Origin: Planctomycetota bacterium | GTDB lineage: Bacteria; Planctomycetota; PLA2; JAEUHO01 | DNA length: 22,359 bases | Assembly (NCBI GenBank): GCA_050248855.1 | Contig: JBFWRP010000044.1 | Location: 1-22,359 of the forward strand | Direction: 5' to 3' | Shown here: in pieces, positions 9,193 to 17,637 of the stretch | Layout of the letters: every line of letters begins with the position of its first letter | Numbering within the stretch: the stretch's first letter is position 1 | Position numbers and translations under genes: made by a program | Notes under the pieces: model-generated | The model's input: only the letters and a program-made list of their open reading frames with translations | What the model was told of the DNA's origin: nothing | The model's database searches: none

Positions 9193-12100
9193 TCAACGCG
9201 GAGTCGGGCGCGCATCCTTGGGGCGCTCGAGCGGGATGCGCCGCGCGCCCGCGTCCACCGGCACGAACCACGACGTGGCTCCCGCCACGGGCGCATGGCG
9301 GCGACCGTCGATCGTCGCGGCGTCCAGCAAGGAGAGACTGCGGTTTGCGTCCATCGTGTCGCCTGCCTCCGGCGGCGGCGCAAAGGCGACCCAGCCCGCC
9401 TCCATGCGACTGCCCTCGAGCAGGTTGGCTGCCAGGAGGGCGACGCCCTCGTGCGTCGCCACCACGTCGATCAAGTAGCGGTCGTCGCGCGGGCCGCTCA
9501 GGAACTTCGGTGCGTGCTCCAACGCGAAGGCGTCGCCCGCGGGCTGGATGCCCGGCTGACCCGCCAGGTGGCGCGACAACATCGGTTCGTGCTGCAGGAC
9601 CATCACGGCAAGCGGGCGCGTGCCCCGCTCGGGCATGCGCAGCACGCATAGATGCCGCCCGCGCACGACCAGCCGGGAGTCGGCGTCGAGCACGCCATGG
9701 TGCGTCTGGTCGCTGTAGATGTGCGTCGCGTCCAGGCGCAGCCGCGTCACGCGCCCCGAGGCAAGCAGCGGAGGGATCACGACGACGATGCCATGCGGGC
9801 CGTCGGCCACGGCGGCAAAGGCGCCCACGGACACGCCGGCATCGCGCAAGGGGCGGTGCTGCTCCAGGACGGGCGAACGGTCGCGACGCTGGCCGGTGGT
9901 GGTGTCGTACCAGATGAGGTGCACCGGCCCGCGCTCGCCCTCGCGCTCCAGCGCGAACAAGTTGCCCAGGGAAGCGTCCCAGGCGAATCGATCCGTCCAC
10001 GTCGAGCGCATGTCGTCGACCCAGGGCGGCGTGACGGCGATCTCCTGCCGGAGCGCGCCGTCGAAGGCGTCGAGGACGAGCACCCCGTCGGGCCCGTCGA
10101 AGCCGACGGTCAGCGCGCTCGCCGTGGGATGGAGGTGGCGGATGCGCCCCGGCACCTCGGCGCTCCACACCTCGCGCCGGGCATCCAGGTCGACGGCCAC
10201 GACGCGATCCATGCGCAGCCGGTAGGTGATCGCCACGTACGCCAGCGCGCCGCGCACCACGACGTGCGAGACGATGCCGCGGCCCGTGGCGTCGCGCCAC
10301 AGCGGCGTGCGGCGGGCCGGGGACGGCTCCAGGCGATCCAGCCCCGAACGGCAAGGGAGCACGGCGCTGCCGTCCGCACGCACGTAGAGGACCCGGTAGG
10401 GCAGCAGCACGCCTTGGTCCGTCGGCCGGCTGCCGGCCTGGAACGCCTGCAGCACGACGCGGCCTCGGCGTCGGATCTCGGCCTCTACGACCTCGCCCGG
10501 CTGCGTGCGCCCCACCGCGCCCATGAAGTGGTCGACGCCCTCCAGGGGCTCGCCCTCCCACGCCGCAAGGATGTCGCCCGACGTCACGCCGCTCATGTCC
10601 GCAGGCTGGCGGGCCACCACGTGTCCGATGAGCACACCGCCCTCGGAGGGTCCGCGCGCCAGCTCGCGGAGCGTGCCGCCGAACCAGCCCAGGTCGTCGC
10701 CACCGAGCAGGGGCCGAGGGGGCTGCCCGGGGACGGCGATGCCCACTTCGAGGCCGCGGACGTAGGGAACGGCGTCCCCCCAGAGCGCGGCCCCCGGGCC
10801 TTCGAGGCCCAGCCAGCGCACACCGCGCACGGAGTCGGCGTGGGCCGCGTGCTCGGCATCGAGGACGCGGAGCACCGGCTCGTCGGCATCGGCCACGCCG
10901 CGGCCCGGCCAGTGCGCATGCTCGCGAAGCGCGCGGCGCAGGATGGCGGCGCGATCCCGGCCGCGCGCCGTCGCCAGGGGCGGGTCTTCGCCGACGAGCA
11001 CGTCCAGCAGGTCGCGGGCCTCGCGCACCTGGTGCGCGTCGAGCCACAGATCGGCCTCGAGCAGCGCGCGCCGCACCGGGCAGCCGGGGAGCCCTTCTCC
11101 GGCGACGGCACTCTCCGGGCCCGGGTCCAAGCGCAAGTCCGCCAGCGCCGCCGCGGCCCCGACGGCGTCGCCCGCGTCCAGTGCCAGCTTCGCGCGTCGC
11201 GCCGTGGCCCGCGTCGCCGCCTGCGTGCCCGGGAAGCGACGCGCCATCACGCGCAGGGACGCGACGTCCGTCGCCGCCGCGAGGGCCGCCTCGGCGCGTC
11301 GTTCGCGCGCGTCGACCTGATCCCGCTCGAGCGAGGCTTCCAGCAGCAGCAGCCTGCGCGTGACGTCGGCGATCGGCAGCGTAGGGGCCACGAGCTCGGC
11401 CTCGAGCGCCGCCAGCGCTTCGGGGGCCGCGCCATGCGCCGCGAGGAGCGGCGCCGTCTCCACGCGCCAGAAGCCTCGCCGCCCGGGCGGCAACGCCTCG
11501 ACGAGAAGGCCCAGCGTGCGCGCCGACGCCGCGCTTCCGAGCGCCGCCAGCAACCCCGGCAGGCTCGACTCCACGAGGTCGTGCTCGGCCTCCGTGCTGC
11601 CGGGTGCGAGGAAGGGCCGGGCCAGGGCCAGGGCTTGGTCGACGTCGCCCACGGCGACGGCAACACGCAAGGCCTCCGCGGGCGGGAGCTCGCGCGCCTG
11701 GGCACGACCGAGCTGACCCGCGGGGGCAACCACGGCCACGCGCTCCTGCCCGACGACGAGCCAGCGCCCCTCGGGCAGCGGGAGCAGGTGGCCGCTGCGC
11801 GGCGCACCGGGCCCCTCGGCGGTGCGCAGCACGTGCGTCGCCGCCTCGGGGTCCTCGCCCAGGTCCCAGCCCATGGACTGCCAGCCCCCGTCGCGCCATG
11901 TCGCGATCCCGCGCGCATCCGTGAACGGGCGTGCGAGGAGGTCGAGGCCCTGGTGCGAGGTCCAGCCGCCGATGTCGAGCTCGGACGGGACGAGGGCGCC
12001 GTCGCGCGGGTCGATGCCCACGCGCCCCTCGCCCACCAAGCGCAGCACGGGCGTGCCGTCGTGCGCGGGCACCACGCCGACGAGGTGGCGCACGGCGTCG

Positions 12101-13887
12101 GCCAGCCACAGCGTCTCCTCGCTGGCCACGTCGGTGGCCCAGCGCAGCCGCCCGCTGCCCCGCTCCAAGGCGACGAGGCGCGGCGAGTCGTGGGCCGCCA
12201 CGATCCACGTGTCGCCGTGGACCCACGGCGCGTTGCCCATGCCGAAGCCACGCCGCGCCGCCACGCCGTCGGCGGCGCCACCGCGCTCGTACGGTGGCAG
12301 GGCCCGCACCCAGTGGTGGCGTCCCGTGGCGGGGTCGAGCGCGGCCACGAAGCCGGCATGGGTCACGAAGCAGAGCTCGTCGCCGGCGAGCGCCGGAGGC
12401 GCCCCCCACGGCAGGACGTTGCGGTGGGCTTGGCGGAAGCGACCCCAGTTCGCGCGGTCGGGCGCGCGACCGCTCACGCCGGGCGCCAACGGTGCGCGCC
12501 ACAGCAGGGCGCCGTCCGTCCGTCGCAGGCAGGCCGCGTAGAGGACCGCGCCCGCCTGCAGCTTGCCGAAGCACGCGTACACGCGCTCACCCACCACGAG
12601 CGGCGGACCCTGGCAGCCCACGTCCGGGTCGCCGAGGACGGGATCCGTCTCGCTCAGCGGTCCGCTGCGCCAGCGCACGTCACCGCTCGTCTTGTCGAGC
12701 GCCACCAGGTGCGTGCGTGGGTGCTCGACGACGTTGTCCTCGCCCCAGATCGCACCTTGTACCTCGTAGCTGCCCGTCGCGGGCGGCTCACCGAGCACGA
12801 CGAGCAGCAGATCCCCGGCGTCGACGACGGCGTGCACCGGTCGATCCGCCGGGGCGTGGCGTACTGCGGGAGCGTGGATGCGCGAAAGCGGTACGTCGCG
12901 TGCCGGATAGCGCCAGCGCTCGAGACCGCTGCGCGCATCCAACGCGCGTACCGTCCGCGCGGCGTGCACGTAGACGACGTCGCCGTCCACCAAGGCCGCG
13001 GAACGCACCTCCGTACCCTCGGCGGTGCGCGGGACCTGCACCCACGCCGGGTCGGCCACCTCCACCGACCAGAGGACGGCGAGCGCTCCCGGGTCGAGCG
13101 GCCCGCGCGCGACGGCCACGGGAGGCGGAGCGGGTCGCTGCGCCTCCCGCGAGACGACGGCATCGAGCAGCACGGGCAAGGCGTCGACGTCCAGAGCGGA
13201 CGATCCGAGCTGCACGCGCAGATGGCGGAGCCCCCCTGCGTCGTCCAGCCGCGTGAGGACGTCGGCGGCGCGCAGCAGGACCGCGTGGCGGCGCGTGGGC
13301 GCCACGAGGGGCCCGTGTACGTCGAGCCACGTCCTGAGCGACGCCAGGGCGCCGGCCAGGTCACCGGCTTCGATCGCCGTCTCGGCCGCGACGAGCAGTG
13401 CCACGTCGCCCGCGCGCGTCATCGGGTCGCGCAGCGCGACCTCGCCGGCCGCGGCGCGATCGCCCTGCTCGGCGCGCGACAGGCGCAGTGCGGCGGCCGC
13501 CTCGCGCGGCTCGACGAGGGCGGCCCGCAGCGCCCCCAGGCGCGACGCCGCCACGGCGACGATGCGTCGCGCTGGCCAGGCCAACGCGCCGTCCTCGCCC
13601 ACGGGGAGCAGCGCGTCCAGGCCACGCAGCGACACGACCGCGTCCGGGGTGTTCTCCAGGCAAGCACCAAGCACGGTGACGGCGCCGTCCAGATCCCCGG
13701 CTTCGACGAGCCGGGCCGCGCGACCGAGGAGCTGCGTCGCCCAGCCGCCGGGATCGGTGCGCAACACCGAGAGGTCGTCGGCGGACCGGGCCTCGCGAAG
13801 AGGCACGCGGGCCGCGGCCCACGGCAGGAGCGCGAGCGTCAGCAGGATCACGGGGCGGAGGTGCGGACGGGCCACGGGCGGACCCAT
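9193..13887 (-). CDS. Large exported protein (~1564 aa): helical/TPR-like regions, PQQ/BamB-like beta-propeller repeats and a PDZ domain
   Basis: Signal-like VILLTLALLPWAAA after ATG 13887. Repeated blade motifs ALDARSGLERWRY, ALDKTSGDVRWRS, ALDPATGRHHWVR, ALERGSGRLRWAT and AVDLDARREVWSA. PDZ-like GWFGG...VLIGHVVARQPADMSGVTSGDILAAWEGE at ~10460-10690. Confidence 0.8.
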   Translation of the reverse strand: MGPPVARPHLRPVILLTLALLPWAAARVPLREARSADDLSVLRTDPGGWATQLLGRAARLVEAGDLDGAVTVLGACLENTPDAVVSLRGLDALLPVGEDGALAWPARRIVAVAASRLGALRAALVEPREAAAALRLSRAEQGDRAAAGEVALRDPMTRAGDVALLVAAETAIEAGDLAGALASLRTWLDVHGPLVAPTRRHAVLLRAADVLTRLDDAGGLRHLRVQLGSSALDVDALPVLLDAVVSREAQRPAPPPVAVARGPLDPGALAVLWSVEVADPAWVQVPRTAEGTEVRSAALVDGDVVYVHAARTVRALDARSGLERWRYPARDVPLSRIHAPAVRHAPADRPVHAVVDAGDLLLVVLGEPPATGSYEVQGAIWGEDNVVEHPRTHLVALDKTSGDVRWRSGPLSETDPVLGDPDVGCQGPPLVVGERVYACFGKLQAGAVLYAACLRRTDGALLWRAPLAPGVSGRAPDRANWGRFRQAHRNVLPWGAPPALAGDELCFVTHAGFVAALDPATGRHHWVRALPPYERGGAADGVAARRGFGMGNAPWVHGDTWIVAAHDSPRLVALERGSGRLRWATDVASEETLWLADAVRHLVGVVPAHDGTPVLRLVGEGRVGIDPRDGALVPSELDIGGWTSHQGLDLLARPFTDARGIATWRDGGWQSMGWDLGEDPEAATHVLRTAEGPGAPRSGHLLPLPEGRWLVVGQERVAVVAPAGQLGRAQARELPPAEALRVAVAVGDVDQALALARPFLAPGSTEAEHDLVESSLPGLLAALGSAASARTLGLLVEALPPGRRGFWRVETAPLLAAHGAAPEALAALEAELVAPTLPIADVTRRLLLLEASLERDQVDARERRAEAALAAATDVASLRVMARRFPGTQAATRATARRAKLALDAGDAVGAAAALADLRLDPGPESAVAGEGLPGCPVRRALLEADLWLDAHQVREARDLLDVLVGEDPPLATARGRDRAAILRRALREHAHWPGRGVADADEPVLRVLDAEHAAHADSVRGVRWLGLEGPGAALWGDAVPYVRGLEVGIAVPGQPPRPLLGGDDLGWFGGTLRELARGPSEGGVLIGHVVARQPADMSGVTSGDILAAWEGEPLEGVDHFMGAVGRTQPGEVVEAEIRRRGRVVLQAFQAGSRPTDQGVLLPYRVLYVRADGSAVLPCRSGLDRLEPSPARRTPLWRDATGRGIVSHVVVRGALAYVAITYRLRMDRVVAVDLDARREVWSAEVPGRIRHLHPTASALTVGFDGPDGVLVLDAFDGALRQEIAVTPPWVDDMRSTWTDRFAWDASLGNLFALEREGERGPVHLIWYDTTTGQRRDRSPVLEQHRPLRDAGVSVGAFAAVADGPHGIVVVIPPLLASGRVTRLRLDATHIYSDQTHHGVLDADSRLVVRGRHLCVLRMPERGTRPLAVMVLQHEPMLSRHLAGQPGIQPAGDAFALEHAPKFLSGPRDDRYLIDVVATHEGVALLAANLLEGSRMEAGWVAFAPPPEAGDTMDANRSLSLLDAATIDGRRHAPVAGATSWFVPVDAGARRIPLERPKDARPTPR

Positions 13888-13916
13888 TCCATCACGAACC
13901 CCGAGGCCCTCCGAGG

Positions 13917-16250
13917 CTACCGACCGGCTCGCCAAGCGTTCCAGGCCGCGCGGCGCAGCGCCGCGTCGTCGAGCCGGTCCAGCTGGGGCAGGAGGCGCTT
14001 CGTGCGGTCCAGCCCGGGGTACTCGAGCGGGTGGCGGTCGATGTGTCGGAGCATCCGCTGCAGGGCGTCGTGGTAGCCGCCCCGGTGCACCTCGGCGTCG
14101 GGCTCGACGACGGGCAGCATGGCCGTCATCTCGGCCACGGCCAGGGCCGGGTCCCGTGCATCGACCACGGCGGCAAGCTGGGCCTGGCACTCGAGGTGCC
14201 GCTCGACATCGTGGAAGCTGCCGCCGGCCTTGGCCAGGAGCCGGATCGAGGCCGGCAGTCCCTGGAGCACGGGCAGGTGCGTGCGCAAGTCGGTCACGTG
14301 TCCGGCCTCGTGCGCCCGCAACGTGAACCACGACGACCACGGATCGGTTCCTCGCTGACGGGCCACGCGGGCCACGAGACGCTCGGTCACGCCGGCCGGG
14401 TCGGTCAACGCGAGGCGCCCTTCCGCGCCGACGGGCGGCGGGGGGCCGTGGGCGAAGCGCATCGTGGCCGGGTCGCGCACCAAGACACGCCGCCATGCGG
14501 CGTCCGACGTGCGCGCCGAGTCGGCGTCGAGCCAGAGGGCGTCGGGCAGGCAGGCGCCGCCGAGCTCACCGCCCTCGGCGACGACGGCGGTGCCGAGCCC
14601 GCGGTCGATCCCGATCGCCACGTCGTGCCGGTGCACGAACCCGGTCGTGCGCAGCGGCACGTCTTCGGCGAGGTAGGCAAGCGAGAGCACGACCGCCTCG
14701 ACCGGTCCACGTGCGCGTTGCCCGAGCACGAGGTAGCGCCCATGGGCGCGGAAGTGGCGGACGAGCGGGCTCGTCGCGCGCACGCCGTGGTCCACCCACG
14801 CGCCGAGCAGGGGCACGCTGCTGACGCCGGTCGTGACGTCGGCCAACGCGGCCGCGTCCCGGGGAGCCAGGTGACGGCGGGCCAACCCAGGCACCCGCGC
14901 CAACACGCCGTCGAGGTCCGCCGGCGACTCGTCGCGCGCCGCATCCGCGTACCCCGCGCGCAGGATGTCGGCGAGCGCGCGCTCGAACGCGATGTGGCCC
15001 TCGAGACGGCGCACGAGACTCCGCGCTTGCGCGCCACGGGCGCCGTCCAGCACGATCAGGGCATCCGCGTGGGCGCCCAGCGCCAGCAGGGCGCGCGCCA
15101 GCACGACGCGCGCGTCGTCGGCGGCCGAGCGGTCGGGCGCGGCCGCCACGGCCGCGGCCAACGCTTCCCAGCACGGCCCCACCAGGTTCTCCGGTGCAGC
15201 CCGCACGTCAGGGGGAAGGGCCGCCTGGAGGATGGCGACGGCCTCGCGGTAGCGCCCCTGGGCGAACAGCGCGCGGCGCAGGTCGTGCTCCGTCGGCACG
15301 GGGAGGGCGCCCGCGGCCAGCGCACGGCGTGCATGCTGCTCCGCCGCGAGCGGGTCATCGAGCACGTCGAGCGCGACGGCCGAGGCCAGGGCCTCCCACG
15401 CGGGGTTCCCCGACGCCTGCAACGCCAACGCGGCCCGACCGAGGCGGTCGCGGTCGGCGCCGGGCGCAAGCGTGCGCCAGGTGTCGTGCAGGTCGCGGGC
15501 CACGGTCTCCGAGGCAGGTGCCGTGGCGAGGCCCTCGAGGAGGGCCTCCGCGGCCGCCCGGGGGCGTCCCACGCGCCGCTCCAGGAGCCCCGTCTCGTGG
15601 GCGCCCCGTGCGTCCCAGGGGGCCAGCTCGCGCACGGACGCCAGGCGCGAGCGTGCGGCGGCCAGGTCCCCGAGCTCGGCGTGGAGCGCCGCTGCCACCA
15701 GCAGCCCATCGATGCGCACGAGCAGCCACGGGGCCCGCGCGGCGCGGTCGGCCGCATCGCGCGAGCCGCGGAGGTCCCCCAGGCCGACCAGGACATGCGA
15801 GCGGACGAGGTCGGCCCAGCCGTCATGTCCGGGGCCCTGGCCGAGGATCGAGAGGGCCTCGCGCGGCGTCTCCCGGGTGAACGCCACGAGCGTCGTGCGC
15901 AGGCTCCCAGGCGGCATGGCGTCCACGGCCCGCGCGGCGTGGCTGCGCGCCCCCACATCCCGCCACAGCGCGACCAGGAGCCAGCAGCGCTCCGGGTCCG
16001 ACGCCTCGAGGGGACGGTCCGGCTCGAGCAGCTCGAGGGCGCCGGCGCGGTCGTGAGCCCGCGCGCGCTCGCGCACGGCCTGCAGACGGCCCAGGTCGAG
16101 CGTGGCGGTCCGCGCCGGCGCCGCGAGGCCTGCGGAGCCGTCCCCGCGAAGCTCCGTGCGACAGCCGGCGCTCGGGCCGGAGACCGCCCCGAGCAGGGCG
16201 GTCAACAGGACGCCGGTGCGGATTCTGCGTGCGGGCACTTGCGTATGCAC
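13917..16250 (-). CDS. TPR-like putative lipoprotein with a C-terminal HExxH zinc-metallopeptidase-like motif (777 aa)
   Basis: Hydrophobic N-terminus ending in SAGC. Ala/Leu-rich TPR-like helices ([33 protein letters not shown]). [10 protein letters not shown] (HExxH at 14298-14312) is followed 35 residues later by ECQA. Confidence 0.72.
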   Translation of the reverse strand: MHTQVPARRIRTGVLLTALLGAVSGPSAGCRTELRGDGSAGLAAPARTATLDLGRLQAVRERARAHDRAGALELLEPDRPLEASDPERCWLLVALWRDVGARSHAARAVDAMPPGSLRTTLVAFTRETPREALSILGQGPGHDGWADLVRSHVLVGLGDLRGSRDAADRAARAPWLLVRIDGLLVAAALHAELGDLAAARSRLASVRELAPWDARGAHETGLLERRVGRPRAAAEALLEGLATAPASETVARDLHDTWRTLAPGADRDRLGRAALALQASGNPAWEALASAVALDVLDDPLAAEQHARRALAAGALPVPTEHDLRRALFAQGRYREAVAILQAALPPDVRAAPENLVGPCWEALAAAVAAAPDRSAADDARVVLARALLALGAHADALIVLDGARGAQARSLVRRLEGHIAFERALADILRAGYADAARDESPADLDGVLARVPGLARRHLAPRDAAALADVTTGVSSVPLLGAWVDHGVRATSPLVRHFRAHGRYLVLGQRARGPVEAVVLSLAYLAEDVPLRTTGFVHRHDVAIGIDRGLGTAVVAEGGELGGACLPDALWLDADSARTSDAAWRRVLVRDPATMRFAHGPPPPVGAEGRLALTDPAGVTERLVARVARQRGTDPWSSWFTLRAHEAGHVTDLRTHLPVLQGLPASIRLLAKAGGSFHDVERHLECQAQLAAVVDARDPALAVAEMTAMLPVVEPDAEVHRGGYHDALQRMLRHIDRHPLEYPGLDRTKRLLPQLDRLDDAALRRAAWNAWRAGR

Positions 16251-16273
16251 GTAGTCAGGTTAGCCTCTTGATG
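16239..16273. promoter_or_regulatory. Candidate bidirectional promoter with overlapping -10 elements
   Basis: AT-richer island. Minus strand: TAACCT (16262-16257) 6 nt before GTG 16250. Plus strand: TTGCGT (16239)-N16-TAGCCT (16261-16266) 7 nt before GTG 16274. Confidence 0.45.
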
Positions 16274-16609
16274 GTGAGCACGACCCAAGCCATTCTCCTC
16301 GCCCCCGCGCGTTCGCGAAGGCGCTCGTCGCGCACGATCGCGGACGGCTCCCGGACCCGGCCCTCGCGGGCGCGCATCGGCTCGGCCTCCTTCGGGGGAG
16401 CGCCGGTTTCCGTGTCCAGCCCGAGACCCCTCCCGCTGCGCGGACCCGGCGCTGCCCTGCCACGCGCTCCCCTCCCGCGCGCTCCGATCTCCGGGGCGCG
16501 CCGTCGTGACGCGGCGCTCGACGAGGACGACGGGGTGCCGATCGGCTTGGTCGAGCTGCTCGCCACCGGCGCCATGCTCCTCGTCCTCTTGGCAGCGGTG
16601 CTGGCATGA
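16274..16609 (+). CDS. Small hypothetical protein with a single C-terminal transmembrane segment
   Basis: GC-rich third codon positions. An Arg/Ser/Pro-rich N-terminal part is followed by an acidic patch (DEDDG) and then IGLVELLATGAMLLVLLAAVLA-stop. Start could be 16271, 16274 or 16412. Confidence 0.5.
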   Translation: MSTTQAILLAPARSRRRSSRTIADGSRTRPSRARIGSASFGGAPVSVSSPRPLPLRGPGAALPRAPLPRAPISGARRRDAALDEDDGVPIGLVELLATGAMLLVLLAAVLA

Positions 16610-16741
16610 CGCCCTGCAGCGGCATGACGGCGGGCGAGCGCCCGGGAGCGGCGCCGGCTTGGTCCGCGCCCTTGACGGCTTCTTCCCCGCCACCGCCGCA
16701 AGCCGCGCGGGGTACCGACCGATTGAACACGAACGGAGGGT

Positions 16742-16765
16742 GTACGAACTCCCGTTCGTACGAAC
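16742..16765. promoter_or_regulatory. Putative LexA operator (SOS box)
   Basis: Perfect palindrome GTACGAAC-TCCC-GTTCGTAC (16742-16761) contains CGAAC-N4-GTTCG and overlaps GTTC-GTAC-GAAC (16754-16765). It lies ~130 nt upstream of lexA. Confidence 0.75.
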
Positions 16766-16895
16766 CGGGACGAAATGGCTGCGGGCACCGGGGGTGTACG
16801 TGGCCGCTCGTCATGAGGCACGACGTGGCAGCGAGGCCGGGCTTCGCGGCGCTGCCAAGGAACGCGATCCGCGCCGGCGGGTCGGGGAGGCCGAT

Positions 16896-17501
16896 GTGAA
16901 CTACACGCCCAAGCAGCTCCAGATCATGGCGTACATCCGCGACTACCGGCGGGACAACGAGACCTCGCCAACGCTCGAGGAGATCGGGCAGGAGCTGGGC
17001 GTCCATCGGGTCACCGTCCACCAGCACATCGCTGCGCTCGTCAAGAAGGGCGCCATCCGCAAGCTCCCCCAGCGTTCGCGCTCCATCGAGATCCTGGATC
17101 GCAACTACCTGCCCGATCCGACGGTGAAGGTCTTGGGCCGCATCGCGGCGGGCCGCCCCATCGAGGCCCTCGAGGACGCCGAGCCCTACACGCTGGACGA
17201 GCTGCTTCCGATCGAGCCCGGCCAGCAGGCCTACCTGCTTCGCGTGGTCGGCCACTCCATGATCGAAGACCACATCACCGACGGCGACCTCGTGATGGTC
17301 GATCGCAGCCGGGACGCGCGCGAAGGCGAGATCGTCGTGGCCATCGTCGACGGCGAGGCCACGCTCAAGCGCTACTACCGCGAGCCCGACGGCAGCATCC
17401 GCCTCCAGCCCGCCAACGCCACGATGGAGCCCATCTACGTCCGCGCGCCGCAGCACCTCGACCTGCGGGGGGTCGTCCGCGGCGTCCTCCGCCGCTATTA
17501 G
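16896..17501 (+). CDS. lexA: SOS repressor LexA (201 aa)
   Basis: Winged HTH (TPKQLQIM...SPTLEEIGQELG...TVHQHIAALVKKG..RSIEI), Ala-Gly cleavage site GRIAAG, catalytic Ser (GHSM) and Lys (ATLKRY). GGAGG lies before GTG 16896. Confidence 0.96.
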   Translation: MNYTPKQLQIMAYIRDYRRDNETSPTLEEIGQELGVHRVTVHQHIAALVKKGAIRKLPQRSRSIEILDRNYLPDPTVKVLGRIAAGRPIEALEDAEPYTLDELLPIEPGQQAYLLRVVGHSMIEDHITDGDLVMVDRSRDAREGEIVVAIVDGEATLKRYYREPDGSIRLQPANATMEPIYVRAPQHLDLRGVVRGVLRRY

Positions 17502-17637
17502 TCGATTCGTACGATGCCCGTGTCGGCGCGCGTGCGGCTCGCCGGATGCCATGTGGGCGCAACGTGCGGCCCGCTGGCGGACGCCGCTGGCAGCGCGCGG
17601 CGGGACAACCGCTGTCGGGGTGAGGGGACGGAGGGTC

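Noticed and set aside
9053..16271. Very long alternative-frame ORFs (9053..12574 minus, 9652..14076 plus, 14031..16271 plus)
   Set aside because: They overlap the propeller and TPR genes and have the Arg/Gly/Ala-rich or antisense-type composition typical of shadow frames.
16603..16629. GGCATGACG direct repeat after the small ORF
   Set aside because: Only 9 bp, and it also occurs at unrelated sites in the window (2708, 7574). It cannot be distinguished from chance.
16506..16895. LexA with a 130-aa N-terminal extension
   Set aside because: The canonical LexA N-terminus starts at GTG 16896 with GGAGG upstream, and the extension covers the operator region.
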